Counted from the first letter of the stretch, positions 50,736 through 63,331 are shown. The stretch: 64,000 nt of DNA from an uncultured Acidimicrobiaceae bacterium (GCA_937897105.1 CALCBR010000043.1:6021-70020), one strand, 5' to 3'. Numbers and translations: made by a program. The notes: generated by a model not told the origin, from the letters alone.

Positions 50736-51539
50736 GTGGCATTTCTTGATCGTCTTGATCGAGCGTGGAGTCTCAGCCGATCAAATCTGTGTGTCGGGCT
50801 TGATCCAGACCCATCCAAAATGCCGAGACGTTTCTCTTCTCAGCCGAACGGCATCGCCGACTTTTGCATTGAGATCATCAATGCCACCGCCGACCTGGTC
50901 TGCGCGTTTAAACCCCAGATTGCATACTTCGCTGCGCAGCGAGCTGAAGACCAACTTGAGACGATCTGCAACTACATTCGCTCCTCTCACCCTGACGTCG
51001 TGCTCATCCTCGATGCGAAGCGAGGCGACATTGGGTCAACTGCAGCCAACTACGCCATCGAGGCATATGACCGATTTGGTGCTGACGCAGTCACCGTGAA
51101 CCCGTACCTAGGAACCGACTCCGTCGAGCCGTTCTTTGAAGCCGGTGGCGGGGTGATCGGCCTCTGCCGTACGTCGAACCCGGGTGGTGACGACCTTCAG
51201 ATGCTCGACACCGGCGGAGAACCGCTGTTTGTACGTGTCGCCGAGATGATCGCCCAGCGTTGGTCGAGACTCGGTGACTGCGGGCTCGTCGTTGGCGCAA
51301 CATACCCGAACGAACTTTCTCGAGTGCGCCAGATTGTTGGCGACCTGCCAATCCTTGTTCCGGGCGTTGGTGCTCAAGGTGGTTCAGCCGACGAAGTGAA
51401 GGCCAATGGGTCTCGCTCTGACGGTCACGGCATCATCGTCAACTCATCTCGCGCCGTGCTGTATGCGAGCAGTGGCGACGATTTTGCCTCAGCAGCGAGG
51501 CTTGTCGCCGACGACACGCGCCAGAGTTGCTCGCCCTAA
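50736..51539 (+). CDS. pyrF: Orotidine 5'-phosphate decarboxylase (type 2)
   Basis: LCVGLDP and DAKRGDIGST motifs. GTG at 50736 chosen because it lies just after the ferredoxin stop. Confidence 0.85.
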   Translation: MAFLDRLDRAWSLSRSNLCVGLDPDPSKMPRRFSSQPNGIADFCIEIINATADLVCAFKPQIAYFAAQRAEDQLETICNYIRSSHPDVVLILDAKRGDIGSTAANYAIEAYDRFGADAVTVNPYLGTDSVEPFFEAGGGVIGLCRTSNPGGDDLQMLDTGGEPLFVRVAEMIAQRWSRLGDCGLVVGATYPNELSRVRQIVGDLPILVPGVGAQGGSADEVKANGSRSDGHGIIVNSSRAVLYASSGDDFASAARLVADDTRQSCSP

Positions 51540-51541
51540 CG

Positions 51542-53107
51542 TCAGCCGTCGAGGGCAACCACGCTGGTGATCCCTGGTGATTCGCGTAATGCGTTCAGCA
51601 CCTCATCAGACACAGCAGACCCCGTGGCAATGAGCATGACGGCGGAATCTTCACCATCGACTCGCCCAACATCCATGTCGGCAATGTTGACCTGCGCATC
51701 GCCGAGCACCGTTCCGACGGTTCCGATGACACCAGGGCGGTCGTCGTTTGAAATGAGCAACATGTGCTCTGCAGGCGGCACGTCAACCCCGTGACCATCG
51801 ATATCGACAACCCGTTGCTGGGCACTGCGGCCGGTGAGCACCCCAGAGATCGTGTGGTCGTCACTTGAGACGGTGAGCATGTTGATGTACTCGTCAGACA
51901 CCGAGCGTTTCACCTCAACGAGGGCAACTCCGGCAGAATCGGCCAACTTCGGGGCGTTCACAAAACTGACCTGTTCTTCAGAGGTCCGACCGAAGAAACC
52001 CTTCAACACTGCAAGACCGAGAATTCGGGTGTCATGAACCGCAATATCACCGGCCACCTCGAACGTGATCGATGATGGAGAGCGCACAGCGAGCGAGGAG
52101 AAGAGACGACCAAGTCGCTCAGCCAAACCGAGGTACGGCCGGAGGTTGTCGTCTGCTTCAGCGGCATCAACGTTGACCGCCCACGGAACGAATTCGCCCG
52201 CTAGGGCGAGCAGCATCATGTCGGCGATCGCGTCACCCGCTTTGTCTTGAGCCTCTCGAGTACTGGCGCCAAGGTGTGGTGTGACAACGACCTCGGGGAG
52301 CCCAAACAGGGGGCTGTCGGTGCACGGCTCGCTGTCAAACACGTCAAGTGCTGCGCCAGCAATCGTTCCGGCAGAAATACATGCGGCGAGATCGTCTTCG
52401 ACCACGATGCCACCACGGGCAACATTGATCACTCGAAGAGAAGGCTTGGCCGTGGCGAGAAGGTCAGCATTGATCAGCCCGATGGTCTCAGGTGTTCGGG
52501 GAAGGTGAACGGTGAGGAAGTCACTTACCGCTACAAGGTCTTCGAGAGAGAGAAGTTCAACACCAATCTGCTGCGCCCGATCTTCAGAGACGAACGGGTC
52601 GAACGCCACGATTCGCATCTGAAACGCTCGAGCCCGGTCGGCGACAAGCTTGCCAATTCGGCCGAGACCCACAATGCCAAGTGTTTTGTCGGCGAGCTCA
52701 ACACCTTCCCACTTCGATCGTTCCCAGCGGCCATCGACAAGGGCTGAATGCGCTTGCGGCACATTTCGAGCCTGCGCAAGGAGCAAGGCCATCGTGTGCT
52801 CGGCAGCCGAAATGATGTTCGACTGGGGAGCGTTGATCACCATCACCCCAGACTCTGTTGCTGCTGCTACATCAACATTGTCAAGACCGATGCCAGCGCG
52901 ACCAACAGCGATGAGAGAGTCCGCGCAGGCGAGAACATCTTCGGTGACCTGAGTTGCCGAGCGAATGATCAGAGCGTGAGCTCCTGCTATGGCTGATTTC
53001 AGGTCGTCGCCTGACAGCCCTTCTTGAACATCGACATCATGCCCGGCCGCGCGAAGACGATCGAGGCCACCAGGAGCAATTGCTTCCGTCACAAGAATTC
53101 GAGCCAT
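51542..53107 (-). CDS. serA: D-3-phosphoglycerate dehydrogenase (long form with ASB and ACT domains)
   Basis: GLGRIG NAD-binding motif and a C-terminal ACT domain. Start taken at MARILVTE; an in-frame ATG at 53191 would add 28 aa. Confidence 0.88.
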   Translation of the reverse strand: MARILVTEAIAPGGLDRLRAAGHDVDVQEGLSGDDLKSAIAGAHALIIRSATQVTEDVLACADSLIAVGRAGIGLDNVDVAAATESGVMVINAPQSNIISAAEHTMALLLAQARNVPQAHSALVDGRWERSKWEGVELADKTLGIVGLGRIGKLVADRARAFQMRIVAFDPFVSEDRAQQIGVELLSLEDLVAVSDFLTVHLPRTPETIGLINADLLATAKPSLRVINVARGGIVVEDDLAACISAGTIAGAALDVFDSEPCTDSPLFGLPEVVVTPHLGASTREAQDKAGDAIADMMLLALAGEFVPWAVNVDAAEADDNLRPYLGLAERLGRLFSSLAVRSPSSITFEVAGDIAVHDTRILGLAVLKGFFGRTSEEQVSFVNAPKLADSAGVALVEVKRSVSDEYINMLTVSSDDHTISGVLTGRSAQQRVVDIDGHGVDVPPAEHMLLISNDDRPGVIGTVGTVLGDAQVNIADMDVGRVDGEDSAVMLIATGSAVSDEVLNALRESPGITSVVALDG

Positions 53108-53227
53108 AGACCCGTCATCGTTACCCTGCGGAGACCTCGCATACAACCGGAGCGCGCAGTCTGTACAAACTGTCAGACCGATGTCACGCATGAGTTCCTG
53201 CCCACTCCAACTGACTACCGTTGAGAT

Positions 53228-53956
53228 ATGGCGTCGAACGAAGACGAATCTCCCGAGAGTCGCATCGATATTCGACTTCTTTCGACCCCGCCAGAACTCG
53301 CAGAGGCCTCTGACGTCCTCATGCAGGTATGGGGCTCGACCACTCCGATTGTTTCGAGAGAGATGTTACGGGCGGTTGAACATTCTGGGGGCTATATCGG
53401 CGGTGCATACGACGGCGGCCGACTTATCGGTGTCTCCTTCGGCTGGCTGGCCCAACATCACGGCGAAAGAGCCCTCCATAGTCACGTCACCGGTCTTCTC
53501 GCCGGCACACGCCATTCAGGCCTCGGTCGGTCACTGAAATTTCACCAGCGCGAATGGGCCCGCACACACGACATCAAGTGGATCACGTGGACGTTCGATC
53601 CTCTCGTCAGGGCGAACGCCTGGTTCAACATCGAAATACTCGGCGGCCAAATTGCCGAGTACCTTCCGCATTTCTATGGGGAAATGACCGACTCGATCAA
53701 TGCGAATGACGAAAGTGACCGAGCCCTTGTGGCGTGGCGAGTTGATGAATCGTGCCCGCGGCCAGCAACTGATCCAGGCCAGCATCAACAGATCGCAGTG
53801 CCCGAGGACATCGTGTCATTGCGAAAGTCAGACCCACAGTTGGCATTGCAGTGGCGTCACAACGTTCGCTCGGCAATGATGGCCGCACTCGACGAGGGTT
53901 TCGTCATCGTTGGATTCTCCCGAGACGGGCATTACGAACTCGAAAGGCAGTTATGA
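53228..53956 (+). CDS. GNAT-like acyltransferase (putative)
   Basis: 242 aa with a GNAT-like core (RHSGLGRSLKFHQREWA). Its stop overlaps the start of the downstream enolase-superfamily gene (ATGA). Confidence 0.5.
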   Translation: MASNEDESPESRIDIRLLSTPPELAEASDVLMQVWGSTTPIVSREMLRAVEHSGGYIGGAYDGGRLIGVSFGWLAQHHGERALHSHVTGLLAGTRHSGLGRSLKFHQREWARTHDIKWITWTFDPLVRANAWFNIEILGGQIAEYLPHFYGEMTDSINANDESDRALVAWRVDESCPRPATDPGQHQQIAVPEDIVSLRKSDPQLALQWRHNVRSAMMAALDEGFVIVGFSRDGHYELERQL

Positions 53957-55065
53957 AATTCACTCAATTGGAACTCCGAAGAATTCATCTCGAGTTGGTG
54001 ACCCCATTTCGCACGAGTTTCGGTGAGCAAACCGCCCGTGAAATTCTGCTCATTGGCATCACCTCTGATGACGGCACTGTTGGTTGGGGTGAATGCGTCG
54101 CAATGAGTGAGCCGCTGTACTCCCCTGAGTATGTGTCGGGCGTCGAGACGGTGATCACCGAGTTCCTTGCTCCACGACTCACCCAACGCGGTGATGTGAT
54201 CGCTGGGGATGTTGCCGACATTCTCCGGCCTATCAAAGGCCACCAGATGGCAAAAGCCGCGATCGAAATGGCAGTTCTTGACGCTGAACTTCGATCTGGC
54301 GGCATCAACTTGCACACTCGGTTTGGTGGAACACGCGACACGATTCCGAGTGGGGTCTCCGTTGGCATCTTTTCTTCGATCGATGCCTTGCTGTCCGCCG
54401 TCCAAGGCTATGTCGATGACGGCTACGCACGTATCAAACTGAAGATCGAACCTGGTTGGGACCTTGAACCGGTTCGTCTTGTGCGCGAACTCATCGGACC
54501 AGAAATGGGTCTCCAGGTCGACGCAAATACTGCGTACACACGGCAAGATTTCGATCATCTTCGGCAACTCGACATGTACGACCTGTTACTCATCGAGCAA
54601 CCACTAGATACAGATGACCTTCTCGGCCATCGCGATCTTGCAGCGGCAATCGAAACTCCGGTGTGCCTCGACGAATCGATTGAGTCGTTAACGCAGGCCG
54701 AAGACGCCGTTGCGATCGGGGCTGCAGAAATCATCAATATCAAACCCGGTCGCGTTGGTGGCTATCTCGAAGCTGTCCGGATTCACGACCTTTGTCGAGC
54801 ACATGACATTCCGGTTTGGTGTGGTGGAATGCTCGAAACCGGCATCGGTAGAGCCGCTAACTGCGCCCTCGCCGCTCTAGACGGCTTCGTTCTTCCCGGA
54901 GATATTTCAGCATCGAGGCGGTTCTACGCACGCGACATCGTTCGTGAGCCCATCGAAGTGGTAGCCGGCGAAGTGACAGTCCCAACCGCCCCAGGGCTTG
55001 GTTACGACCTTGACGCAGAGTTCGTCGAGTCGATCACAACATCTCTGCAGCATGTCTCGCTATGA
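53953..55065 (+). CDS. Enolase-superfamily enzyme, o-succinylbenzoate synthase / N-acylamino acid racemase subgroup
   Basis: KxK (RIKLKIEP), metal ligands in QVDANTAY, LIEQPL and CLDESI, and the second catalytic Lys in NIKPGRVGG. Confidence 0.8.
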   Translation: MKFTQLELRRIHLELVTPFRTSFGEQTAREILLIGITSDDGTVGWGECVAMSEPLYSPEYVSGVETVITEFLAPRLTQRGDVIAGDVADILRPIKGHQMAKAAIEMAVLDAELRSGGINLHTRFGGTRDTIPSGVSVGIFSSIDALLSAVQGYVDDGYARIKLKIEPGWDLEPVRLVRELIGPEMGLQVDANTAYTRQDFDHLRQLDMYDLLLIEQPLDTDDLLGHRDLAAAIETPVCLDESIESLTQAEDAVAIGAAEIINIKPGRVGGYLEAVRIHDLCRAHDIPVWCGGMLETGIGRAANCALAALDGFVLPGDISASRRFYARDIVREPIEVVAGEVTVPTAPGLGYDLDAEFVESITTSLQHVSL

Positions 55066-55089
55066 GAACCCGCACAGTAATCTCTCGGC

Positions 55090-55503
55090 GTGAGCCTTCC
55101 CTTTCTTTCGCCTGAGTGGATCGAAGCCGCTCGAGAAATCCGCGAGCGCTACTCGGCTGACACCGCGCCAATTGAGGTCGCAGTAAAGGTCAACCAAGTC
55201 ATTACCGAGGTGCCATTTGGCGATGGTGAACTCCACGCCCACATCGACACATCGAACGGTGATCTCGACCTTGAACTCGGCCACCTCGATGACCCTGACG
55301 CCACGATCACGTTGAGCTATGAGACCGCTCGCGCCTTTCTCGTCGAACGAGACCCAGCAAAGGTGATGCAAGCGTTCATGTCCGGCGGCATTCAGGTCGA
55401 TGGTGATCTCATGAAGATCATGGCGATGCAGGCAGCAACCCCTCAGGATGACCTCGCTACTGCGGTAGCCGAAGAAATTCTCGCAATTACCGACCTTGAC
55501 TGA
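55090..55503 (+). CDS. SCP2 sterol-carrier-like domain protein
   Basis: GTG start; 137 aa; the C-terminal FMSGGIQVDGDLMKIMAM motif is typical of SCP2. Confidence 0.65.
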   Translation: MSLPFLSPEWIEAAREIRERYSADTAPIEVAVKVNQVITEVPFGDGELHAHIDTSNGDLDLELGHLDDPDATITLSYETARAFLVERDPAKVMQAFMSGGIQVDGDLMKIMAMQAATPQDDLATAVAEEILAITDLD

Positions 55504-55547
55504 GCATCCGCTCGTTGAATCGTCTTAACGCGCTGCTGCTAACGGGT

Positions 55548-57590
55548 TCAGGTAGCGACAATGTCGACCTGCGTGCCATTCGGAAACTCATCGCCGGCTG
55601 ATGGTTCTTCCCCTTCGATGGTGATCTGTTCAACCGTGCCATCTGCGGCACCGAGAGTGAGCTCAACGGCGAAACCAGCATCGCTCAGCAGTTGCTGAGC
55701 CTCTTCGAACGTCATCTCTGAAGGTACCGACGGAAACGCGATCAGGTCAGGGCCGAGCGAAACCGACACTTCAATCGTTCCTCCCCGCTCAACAAACTCT
55801 CCCGGTTGAGGAGATTGAGAGAGCACGAGGCCTGCTTCACTTTCTTCGTCATAGACCTCTTCAATTTCGACAATGCGGAGTTCGGTGCCCACGAGTTGCG
55901 CTCGGGCGACCCCAACGATGAGCCCAACAATATTTGGGACCTCTCGGGGAGCCGGTCCTCCTGAGATCACAAGGCGAACCAGTGTTCCGGGCTCTACCAA
56001 GTCGCCGGCGACAATCGCAGGATCATCGGGAACCTCCCAAGTAATGACCTCTCCGATCTCGATCACTTCGTTATAGACAATTTCGGTGAACGGCTGGAAG
56101 CCTGCGCTGTCAAGAATGTCGAGCGCATCAGCACCCGGTAGTGCAATGACTTCAGGCAGTTCCCTCAGAACTGGCCCTTCACTGATCACGATCGTGAATA
56201 CACCGCCCTCGCGTAACTCATCGCCTGCGACCGGACTTGTCCTGATGACAGCACCCACGACGGGTTGCACATCAGATCGCTCCGACACAACGGTGACCTC
56301 CCATTCGAATGGTGTCACGACATTGACAGCTTCTGCCTCCGCGGTTCCGGTGAGCACAGGCACCTCATACACCGGGGTCGTCAGCAACGCCCGGGCACCT
56401 AAGACTCCGAGGGCAACAACGACAACGGCTACCACAGGCAGCACCCACCGCGGGCGGCGGGTTACCGGCTCCTCAGGCGAGCCCACTACCTGGTGTGCAT
56501 CGCTACCAGAGTCACTCGAGCCGTCGCGAACTGCGCGGATGGGCTCCTCTGAACTGGGCTCCGACGGCGTCTCATCGACCTGCCGAGGCAGGCCTACGGC
56601 ATGAGGAGACGCCCCATCGGTCGAAGGCTTGGTCCGAGGTGTTGGCTCGGGCGCTGCCACCTCTTCGGGCTCCTGTGAAGGTGCAGCCGCGGCGCCCGGG
56701 TCAATTGACAGAACGAGGGGTAAAGGTTCGGGTCGCGGTAGTCGGCGCGCAACGTTGACAAATTCCATACCGAGCTCCACCGCGGTGGCGCGTTCATCGA
56801 CCGCAGGCCGGGCTGCCTGTTCAAGCACTCGACCAAGTGGGCCAAGGTCAGCTGTCACCGGAAGAATTCGACCGATACGAGCCCTTAGCGTCGCCGCAGC
56901 CGAATCGGTTGAGAACGGCACGCTGCCTGTCAATGCTTCAACGAGAACGAGACCAAGCCCATACACATCAGAACGGGTCGTTGCCGGTTGCCCCTCTGCG
57001 ACCTCTGGCGCCGTATACAGCACCATGTTGTTGTCGGGCCCGCCACTCGCCGACCACATTGCCGCCTGTAATGGCGCCGCAAGACCAAGGTCGACAAGTC
57101 GGGCACGCCCATCGGCTCCGAACACAATTTTCGACGGAGTGACCTCTCCATGAATGTGGCCCTGGCGATGGGCTTCAGCAAGACCATGACAAAGGTCAAG
57201 TCCAACTTGGAGAGCCTGCGAATAGGAAAGACGACGACCGCGATCAAAGATGTCGCGAAGACTCCCTCCTTCTAGACGTTCGGTAACGACGTACGCCGTT
57301 GAGGATGCACCATCACTTCTTTCGTGAACTCCCCAGTCAAACACCGCCACAAGGTTGGGATGTGAAACGAGTGCCGCAGATGACATCGCTGTTCGAAAGG
57401 AACTCACAAACCCAGGCGTCGTCATCACTCGACGCCGAATCAATCTGACCAGCACTGCGCGTTCGTCGATCGTGTCCCACGCGTCCGCAATTGACACCGC
57501 CGAGCCCTTCGCGACAAACGACCTCAGCCGGTATCGGCCACCGATCACCTCGTCGAGACGTGTTTCAGGTTCAAGCGGGTCAATTTCCAC
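55548..57590 (-). CDS. PknB-like transmembrane protein with four PASTA repeats; kinase domain predicted catalytically dead (pseudokinase)
   Basis: GTG start. The fold-level pattern of a Hanks kinase is retained (APE, SDVYGLG), but GxGxxG becomes AKGSAV, VAIK Lys becomes Arg49, alphaC Glu becomes Ala, HRDxKPxN becomes HGEVTPSK (aa 147-154), and DFG becomes DLG. A Pro/Ser linker, a TM helix and four PASTA-like units follow. Confidence 0.8.
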   Translation of the reverse strand: MEIDPLEPETRLDEVIGGRYRLRSFVAKGSAVSIADAWDTIDERAVLVRLIRRRVMTTPGFVSSFRTAMSSAALVSHPNLVAVFDWGVHERSDGASSTAYVVTERLEGGSLRDIFDRGRRLSYSQALQVGLDLCHGLAEAHRQGHIHGEVTPSKIVFGADGRARLVDLGLAAPLQAAMWSASGGPDNNMVLYTAPEVAEGQPATTRSDVYGLGLVLVEALTGSVPFSTDSAAATLRARIGRILPVTADLGPLGRVLEQAARPAVDERATAVELGMEFVNVARRLPRPEPLPLVLSIDPGAAAAPSQEPEEVAAPEPTPRTKPSTDGASPHAVGLPRQVDETPSEPSSEEPIRAVRDGSSDSGSDAHQVVGSPEEPVTRRPRWVLPVVAVVVVALGVLGARALLTTPVYEVPVLTGTAEAEAVNVVTPFEWEVTVVSERSDVQPVVGAVIRTSPVAGDELREGGVFTIVISEGPVLRELPEVIALPGADALDILDSAGFQPFTEIVYNEVIEIGEVITWEVPDDPAIVAGDLVEPGTLVRLVISGGPAPREVPNIVGLIVGVARAQLVGTELRIVEIEEVYDEESEAGLVLSQSPQPGEFVERGGTIEVSVSLGPDLIAFPSVPSEMTFEEAQQLLSDAGFAVELTLGAADGTVEQITIEGEEPSAGDEFPNGTQVDIVAT

Positions 57591-57596
57591 AGCGCC

Positions 57597-60274
<2,678 letters not shown>

Positions 60275-60283
60275 TCACCGCGG

Positions 60284-61300
60284 CTATGCGCCGAGCACCA
60301 ATTTTGCAGCTGACGCTTGGTCTTGCACTCTCAGAGAAATGTTGTGCAACGACTCGCAAATTTCTTCGGCCACAGCAGGAGAGTACGAGGCGAGGCCACT
60401 TTGCGGCGACAGCAAACTCTGTGATCGGAGCATTCCAGGGTCAGTTCCTCGTTGCACCATTTTGCACCAGATACCGCTGAGCGCTTTCCATGATCGGCCC
60501 GCTGACACGCCAACAGGACCCTCGGTGCCGACGGCTCCCCATGCGATTCTTCCGCCGTTTTGCATAAACTGATCGAGATATCCACTGACGTCCACGACGG
60601 CTTCTGTCGCCGGCATTGAAAGCACTTGTGGGCCGGCTTCGAGCAGAGACGGCCAATCAGCCTCGAAACAACAGTGGAGGCCAACGACGCCGAACGTCTG
60701 TGCGGAGGCCATCACTCCAGACAGCATGTCGGCGACTGCATCAGGAGCAAGCGGGAAGTCATTCGACATGAGGTCAACCATCAACGGTTCATCGAACACG
60801 ATGAGCTGCATTGAATTTGGAAGCACTTCTGCAAGTACCGAGCCGAGCGTGGCGACATGTTCATTAATCGCCTGTGTCGCTACCCGAAATGCGAGGTGAT
60901 CGGGTGCCCCTGCCCGCAGCAGGGTGAGGCCCAGGGTGACAGGTCCGACCACCTGCCATTTGAAGGTTCGGCCGTCGACTCCTAGTTGAGGTGCAAGTTC
61001 GGTAAATGCCCGGAAGCCGACAAAGTTGTCGGTCAGTAAGTCGGTCGTGACAGGAGCTTCTGGGTCGAGCCGGGTCACATCGACTGCGAGAGTGCCGTAC
61101 GGCCCCATCTCCACCCCCGGTACACCGACGAGCGCCTGGTTTGCTAGTGACTCAGCACCAGACCGTCTCGGCAGACGCGGTACCACGGGCAGGTCAAAGT
61201 TCTTTACCGAAAATTCGACCGCTGCCGACGCACTCCGATGAGGAAGGCTCCCCACCCCCAGGGTTGCCCCTGGTGCAATTCCGTCGAGCGACCTCGCCAT
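60284..61300 (-). CDS. MetE-like (cobalamin-independent methionine synthase / UROD-fold family) protein, function unknown
   Basis: 338 aa, resembling the conserved actinobacterial protein found next to ligA. Family call is from memory of that synteny and a weak motif impression. Confidence 0.45.
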   Translation of the reverse strand: MARSLDGIAPGATLGVGSLPHRSASAAVEFSVKNFDLPVVPRLPRRSGAESLANQALVGVPGVEMGPYGTLAVDVTRLDPEAPVTTDLLTDNFVGFRAFTELAPQLGVDGRTFKWQVVGPVTLGLTLLRAGAPDHLAFRVATQAINEHVATLGSVLAEVLPNSMQLIVFDEPLMVDLMSNDFPLAPDAVADMLSGVMASAQTFGVVGLHCCFEADWPSLLEAGPQVLSMPATEAVVDVSGYLDQFMQNGGRIAWGAVGTEGPVGVSAGRSWKALSGIWCKMVQRGTDPGMLRSQSLLSPQSGLASYSPAVAEEICESLHNISLRVQDQASAAKLVLGA

Positions 61301-61343
61301 AGCGACATCGTTGCATGATCGATGACGCTTTCACGACTCGTGC

Positions 61344-62249
61344 GTGCCCTTTACGACGCAATACCCGACAGAATGGTCCTCAATGCGATCGCCATCGTTT
61401 CTGTCTCGCTTTCAGAGCGTTCTCTCGTGGTTGGCTCGGGTTGGATGGGTCGTCACCGCAGTTGCCGTAAGTCAGGCCATGAACCCTCTCGATAGCGGTA
61501 TAACCGCCACCTTGACGCTCTGGATTCTCTGGATCGTCGGCGCTGTCGCCGTCTTTGTGGGTTCGCCGTTGATGCTGACATTGGCTCGCACCACCCTTCC
61601 GCTTGGGCCGGTTGCTGCGACGGCTGTTCTCATCGCAGGTGGTGATGTCGCACTCGGCACGCTCGGGCTCGTTGCCGGTGTGATCGCTGCGTTTGCGATG
61701 CTGAGCGCTGAACTCGGTCAACGCTGGGTCCAATTCGCTGCCTATGGGTCGGAGCAACGTTTTCCGCTTCGGCCGCCGCTCGGTTTTGTGATCCCTGCGG
61801 TGTTCTTGTGGATGCTGATGGCCGCATTCGGCACCTCGGCAGTGATCGCAGCCGAGCGGGCACAGTGGGTTGCGGCCGTCGCTCTCGGTGTCGCTGCCAT
61901 CGCTCTCGGAGCGCTCGGGTCGACTCGCTGGCATCGTCTCTCATGTCGATGGCTGGTGTTCGTACCGGCCGGTGTGGTAATTCACGACCCGCTGGTGTTG
62001 TTGGAAACGGCGATGTGGCGTTCCCATGTGGTGTCCGGTATCGAACTCGCTGCAGCCGCAACCGAGGCCGCCGACCTCACCGGGCCAGCAACTGGGCCCG
62101 CACTCGAGATCTCGTTGCGAAGTAGCGAGACCGTCATCATGTCGGCTGGCCGTTCAGTTCCTGAGGGGCGAGCGATTCACCTCACCGCAGCGCTTCTCGC
62201 CCCTAGCCGCCCGGGGGCCGCGCTCGCACAGTTTCGGGCGCGACGCTAG
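61344..62249 (+). CDS. Polytopic membrane protein, unknown function
   Basis: About six hydrophobic helices. GTG start at 61344, with an alternative ATG at 61383. Confidence 0.5.
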   Translation: MPFTTQYPTEWSSMRSPSFLSRFQSVLSWLARVGWVVTAVAVSQAMNPLDSGITATLTLWILWIVGAVAVFVGSPLMLTLARTTLPLGPVAATAVLIAGGDVALGTLGLVAGVIAAFAMLSAELGQRWVQFAAYGSEQRFPLRPPLGFVIPAVFLWMLMAAFGTSAVIAAERAQWVAAVALGVAAIALGALGSTRWHRLSCRWLVFVPAGVVIHDPLVLLETAMWRSHVVSGIELAAAATEAADLTGPATGPALEISLRSSETVIMSAGRSVPEGRAIHLTAALLAPSRPGAALAQFRARR

Positions 62250-62263
62250 GCGAGCACCGAGCG

Positions 62264-63331
62264 TTACAACGGTGAACGTTCGGCGATTCCGCCACCAATA
62301 ACCCACGTATTGGTGGGGTCATACAGCACCACGCTTTGACCTGGTGCGATACGAGTTGAACGCAGGCCCCAGGCGATCTGCAGTTCTCGATCACCGGAGG
62401 ATGTCACACGGCAGGGTCGGGGTTCACCGTGAGCACTTGTTTGTGCGAGCGCGTCGCCTTCAAATGGCTCATCAACCCATGTCATTGAGTGCACCTTCTG
62501 TGAACTCACTAACAGGTCGTCAGCATCTCCGATGACAACGGTCGGTTCGTCATCAGACACGTCGACACCGATTACGTAACGAACAGGGCCACCACCGGGC
62601 ACACCGAGCCCTCGACGCTGACCGAGGGTCACCATCTCGACAGAGGGAACTTCACCAATCTGAGATCCAGAACGATCGACGACCCGAGCGCTGCGCAGTG
62701 GAATGCGATTTCCGAGAAAGTGTTCACGTCCATCAGCTCTGCTGATAAAGCAGACATCCTGACTATCGGGCTTGCCTGCGGTGCGAAGCCCTAGACGAGC
62801 TGCATGCGAGCGAACCTCGTCTTTCGTCATGTGGCCGATGGGAAAACTCGTGTGTTCCAGCCCGGCTGCTGTCACCATATGCAGCACATAGCTCTGATCT
62901 TTTGCGAGATCTGCACCGCGTTCGAGGCGGAGCCGACCATTGGCATGAGAACCGATGCGCGCATGGTGTCCAGTAGCGACCGCGTCGAACCCGAGTTCGT
63001 CGGCTCGCTCCGCAAGTCGGTCAAATTTGAGGTGCCGGTTGCATTCGATACATGGGTTCGGGGTGATACCGCTTTGGTGAGCATCGACGTACGGCTGCAC
63101 GACGTGCTCGTCGAATTCTTCTGAGAAGTTAAAGACCACGTGCTCAATGCCGATCTGTTGCGCTACTCGTCTCGCATCATCAACATCAGACACGCTGCAG
63201 CAACCCGTGTCACTTTCGCCTCCCCACAGCCGCATTGTCACGCCGACGACATCGTGTCCTTGCTCGTGCAGCAGGGCTGCGGCGACTGAGGAGTCGACTC
63301 CTCCGCTCATTCCGATCATCACTCTCATCAC
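62264..63331 (-). CDS. mnmA: tRNA-specific 2-thiouridylase
   Basis: PP-loop GMSGGVDSSVAA and catalytic Cys motifs. 4-bp overlap with the upstream desulfurase gene. Confidence 0.92.
   Translation of the reverse strand: MMRVMIGMSGGVDSSVAAALLHEQGHDVVGVTMRLWGGESDTGCCSVSDVDDARRVAQQIGIEHVVFNFSEEFDEHVVQPYVDAHQSGITPNPCIECNRHLKFDRLAERADELGFDAVATGHHARIGSHANGRLRLERGADLAKDQSYVLHMVTAAGLEHTSFPIGHMTKDEVRSHAARLGLRTAGKPDSQDVCFISRADGREHFLGNRIPLRSARVVDRSGSQIGEVPSVEMVTLGQRRGLGVPGGGPVRYVIGVDVSDDEPTVVIGDADDLLVSSQKVHSMTWVDEPFEGDALAQTSAHGEPRPCRVTSSGDRELQIAWGLRSTRIAPGQSVVLYDPTNTWVIGGGIAERSPL

Noticed and set aside
53108-53191. A 28-aa in-frame extension of serA containing CTDC, considered as a possible zinc motif or leader.
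   Set aside because: SerA families start at the MxxILV motif found at 53107. The extension has no ribosome-binding site and no amino-acid run or terminator typical of a leader peptide.
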